Shown: piece after piece, positions 4,477 through 5,428 of the stretch
Layout of the letters: each line of letters starts with the position of its first letter
Position numbering within the stretch: the stretch's first letter is position 1
Source of the DNA: a virus
DNA length: 5,428 nt
Strand: one strand, 5' to 3'
UHGV virus genome: UHGV-0829476
The notes under the pieces: model-generated
Databases searched by the model: none
What the model was told of the DNA's origin: nothing
What the model saw: only the letters and a program-made list of their open reading frames with translations
Program-made: the position numbers and the translations under genes

Positions 4477-5428
4477 ATGCCAACAATGCTAACACCAAAG
4501 GGGCATATCGCCTGCCCCGCTGAATTCTCATCTTTCAAATGTCAAAATCCTTACATAATGCGCTTTCAAGCAGGCGAAATGGACACAGGAACACCAAAAT
4601 ACAAAGCATTTCCGTGTAATAAGTGTATATTTTGTAAAAAGCGAAAGCAAAAGCAATGGACTACACGCCTATCATTAGAATGTGAGGCACACGAACATAA
4701 CAGCTTCGTAACACTCACTTATAAAGAGTATGACCCTTTTGTAGAAAGCGAACTATTTGTAAAATCACGCTCACTAGACTACACAGACATACAGAAATTT
4801 CATAAACACCTCAAAATGAATGTCAAAAGGCAAGGAGACGAAACTTATAAGCACTTCAACGCTGGCGAATATGGAGAAATCAACACACAACGCGCGCACT
4901 GGCACTTGATACTTTTTGGCTTTGCAGACACTGAAAGAAATCGCGAAAATATCTTTAAAATTTGGAAACATAGCGATTTGAAAGAAAGAGTTATCGAGGA
5001 GATAATCGATACAAAAGCCGTAGGTAAGTATGTCTCAAAATATGTGCTTAAAAACATAAATTTAAGCCCTACGGAATACGAAAGAATCCACAAACAAACC
5101 AGACCACTACATCACGGCTCGACAGGACTCGGCTGGAAAACGGCAAAAGCTAAATTTTTACAACCTGCATTAGAGAGCTTTAAAGAATTTGGCGACTTCA
5201 ACCATATAATCTATGACGGCAAAAAAGTATTCCTAGACCGATATTTAACGCACAAATTAGCCTTGCACTTAGGCGAAATTTTAGAATGCGGCCAGGGAAT
5301 TAAAAACGCTATTACGCACAAAGGTTTAGAAGAATTAAAAGCATATATAGCTGAAACAAAAGAAATTTACAAGCTCTATGCACCCGATGAATTCAACGAT
5401 GAAACGATACCAGACTACAAATACTACA
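4477..5428 (+). CDS. VP4: Replication initiation protein VP4/Rep (HUH rolling-circle endonuclease, Microviridae protein A-like), 3'-partial; 317 codons in the window with no stop
   Basis: My own frame-1 translation from ATG 4477 has no stop to the window end: MPTMLTPKGHIACPAEFSSFKCQNPY...FPCNKCIFCKKRK...SFVTLTYKEYDPF...RAHWHLILFGF...AVGKYVSKYVLKN... This contains the N-terminal Cys cluster, RCR motif 1 (FVTLTY), the HUH motif (HWHLIL) and the catalytic tyrosine motif (YVSKYV), the classic Microviridae Rep triad. Absent from the ORF track only because there is no in-window stop. Confidence 0.9.
   Translation, partial: MPTMLTPKGHIACPAEFSSFKCQNPYIMRFQAGEMDTGTPKYKAFPCNKCIFCKKRKQKQWTTRLSLECEAHEHNSFVTLTYKEYDPFVESELFVKSRSLDYTDIQKFHKHLKMNVKRQGDETYKHFNAGEYGEINTQRAHWHLILFGFADTERNRENIFKIWKHSDLKERVIEEIIDTKAVGKYVSKYVLKNINLSPTEYERIHKQTRPLHHGSTGLGWKTAKAKFLQPALESFKEFGDFNHIIYDGKKVFLDRYLTHKLALHLGEILECGQGIKNAITHKGLEELKAYIAETKEIYKLYAPDEFNDETIPDYKYY

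Noticed and set aside
1-5428. A prophage or an integrated element in a Bacteroidetes-type host (Alpavirinae-like)
   Set aside because: There is no integrase, att repeats or host flanks, and the frames close on themselves as a circle. Pervasive strong Shine-Dalgarno sites argue against a Bacteroidetes host. A 564-aa VP1 and the gokusho-type VP2 motif fit Gokushovirinae-like free phage genomes better.

Overview
The whole window reads as a small ssDNA phage genome of the family Microviridae, gokushovirus-like rather than phiX-like. All credible genes are on the + strand, GC is about 40% and most genes have strong AAGGAGG-type Shine-Dalgarno sites. The features are, in order: the 3' tail of a rep ORF (1-140); an extended -10 promoter; the major capsid protein VP1 (222-1916, with the N-terminal VP1 signatures of gokushoviruses); three small genes translationally coupled through ATGA overlaps (a 142-aa acidic protein, a 64-aa protein and an unannotated 31-aa transmembrane peptide); a long intergenic region (2638-2924) holding three back-to-back GC-rich stem-loops; a 181-aa very basic protein; the DNA-pilot/minor capsid protein VP2 (conserved RAGINP..LA motif); an unannotated 22-aa poly-arginine J/ORF8-like DNA-binding peptide built on a (AGACGA)x4 repeat; and the rolling-circle replication initiator VP4/Rep. 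Rep carries the FVTLTY, HWH (HUH) and YVSKYV motifs, has no stop before the window end, and is therefore absent from the ORF track. The reading frame that leaves the 3' end re-enters at base 1 and stays open to a stop at 138-140, so the 5428-nt window is most simply a complete circular genome linearised inside rep. There are no RNA genes, CRISPR arrays, integrase or att sites. The most interesting items are the complement of small accessory genes between VP1 and VP2 (atypical for gokushoviruses), the structured GC-rich island, a recurring TTTAAGG(TTT) intergenic motif, the candidate single-peptide lysis gene and the poly-Arg peptide.
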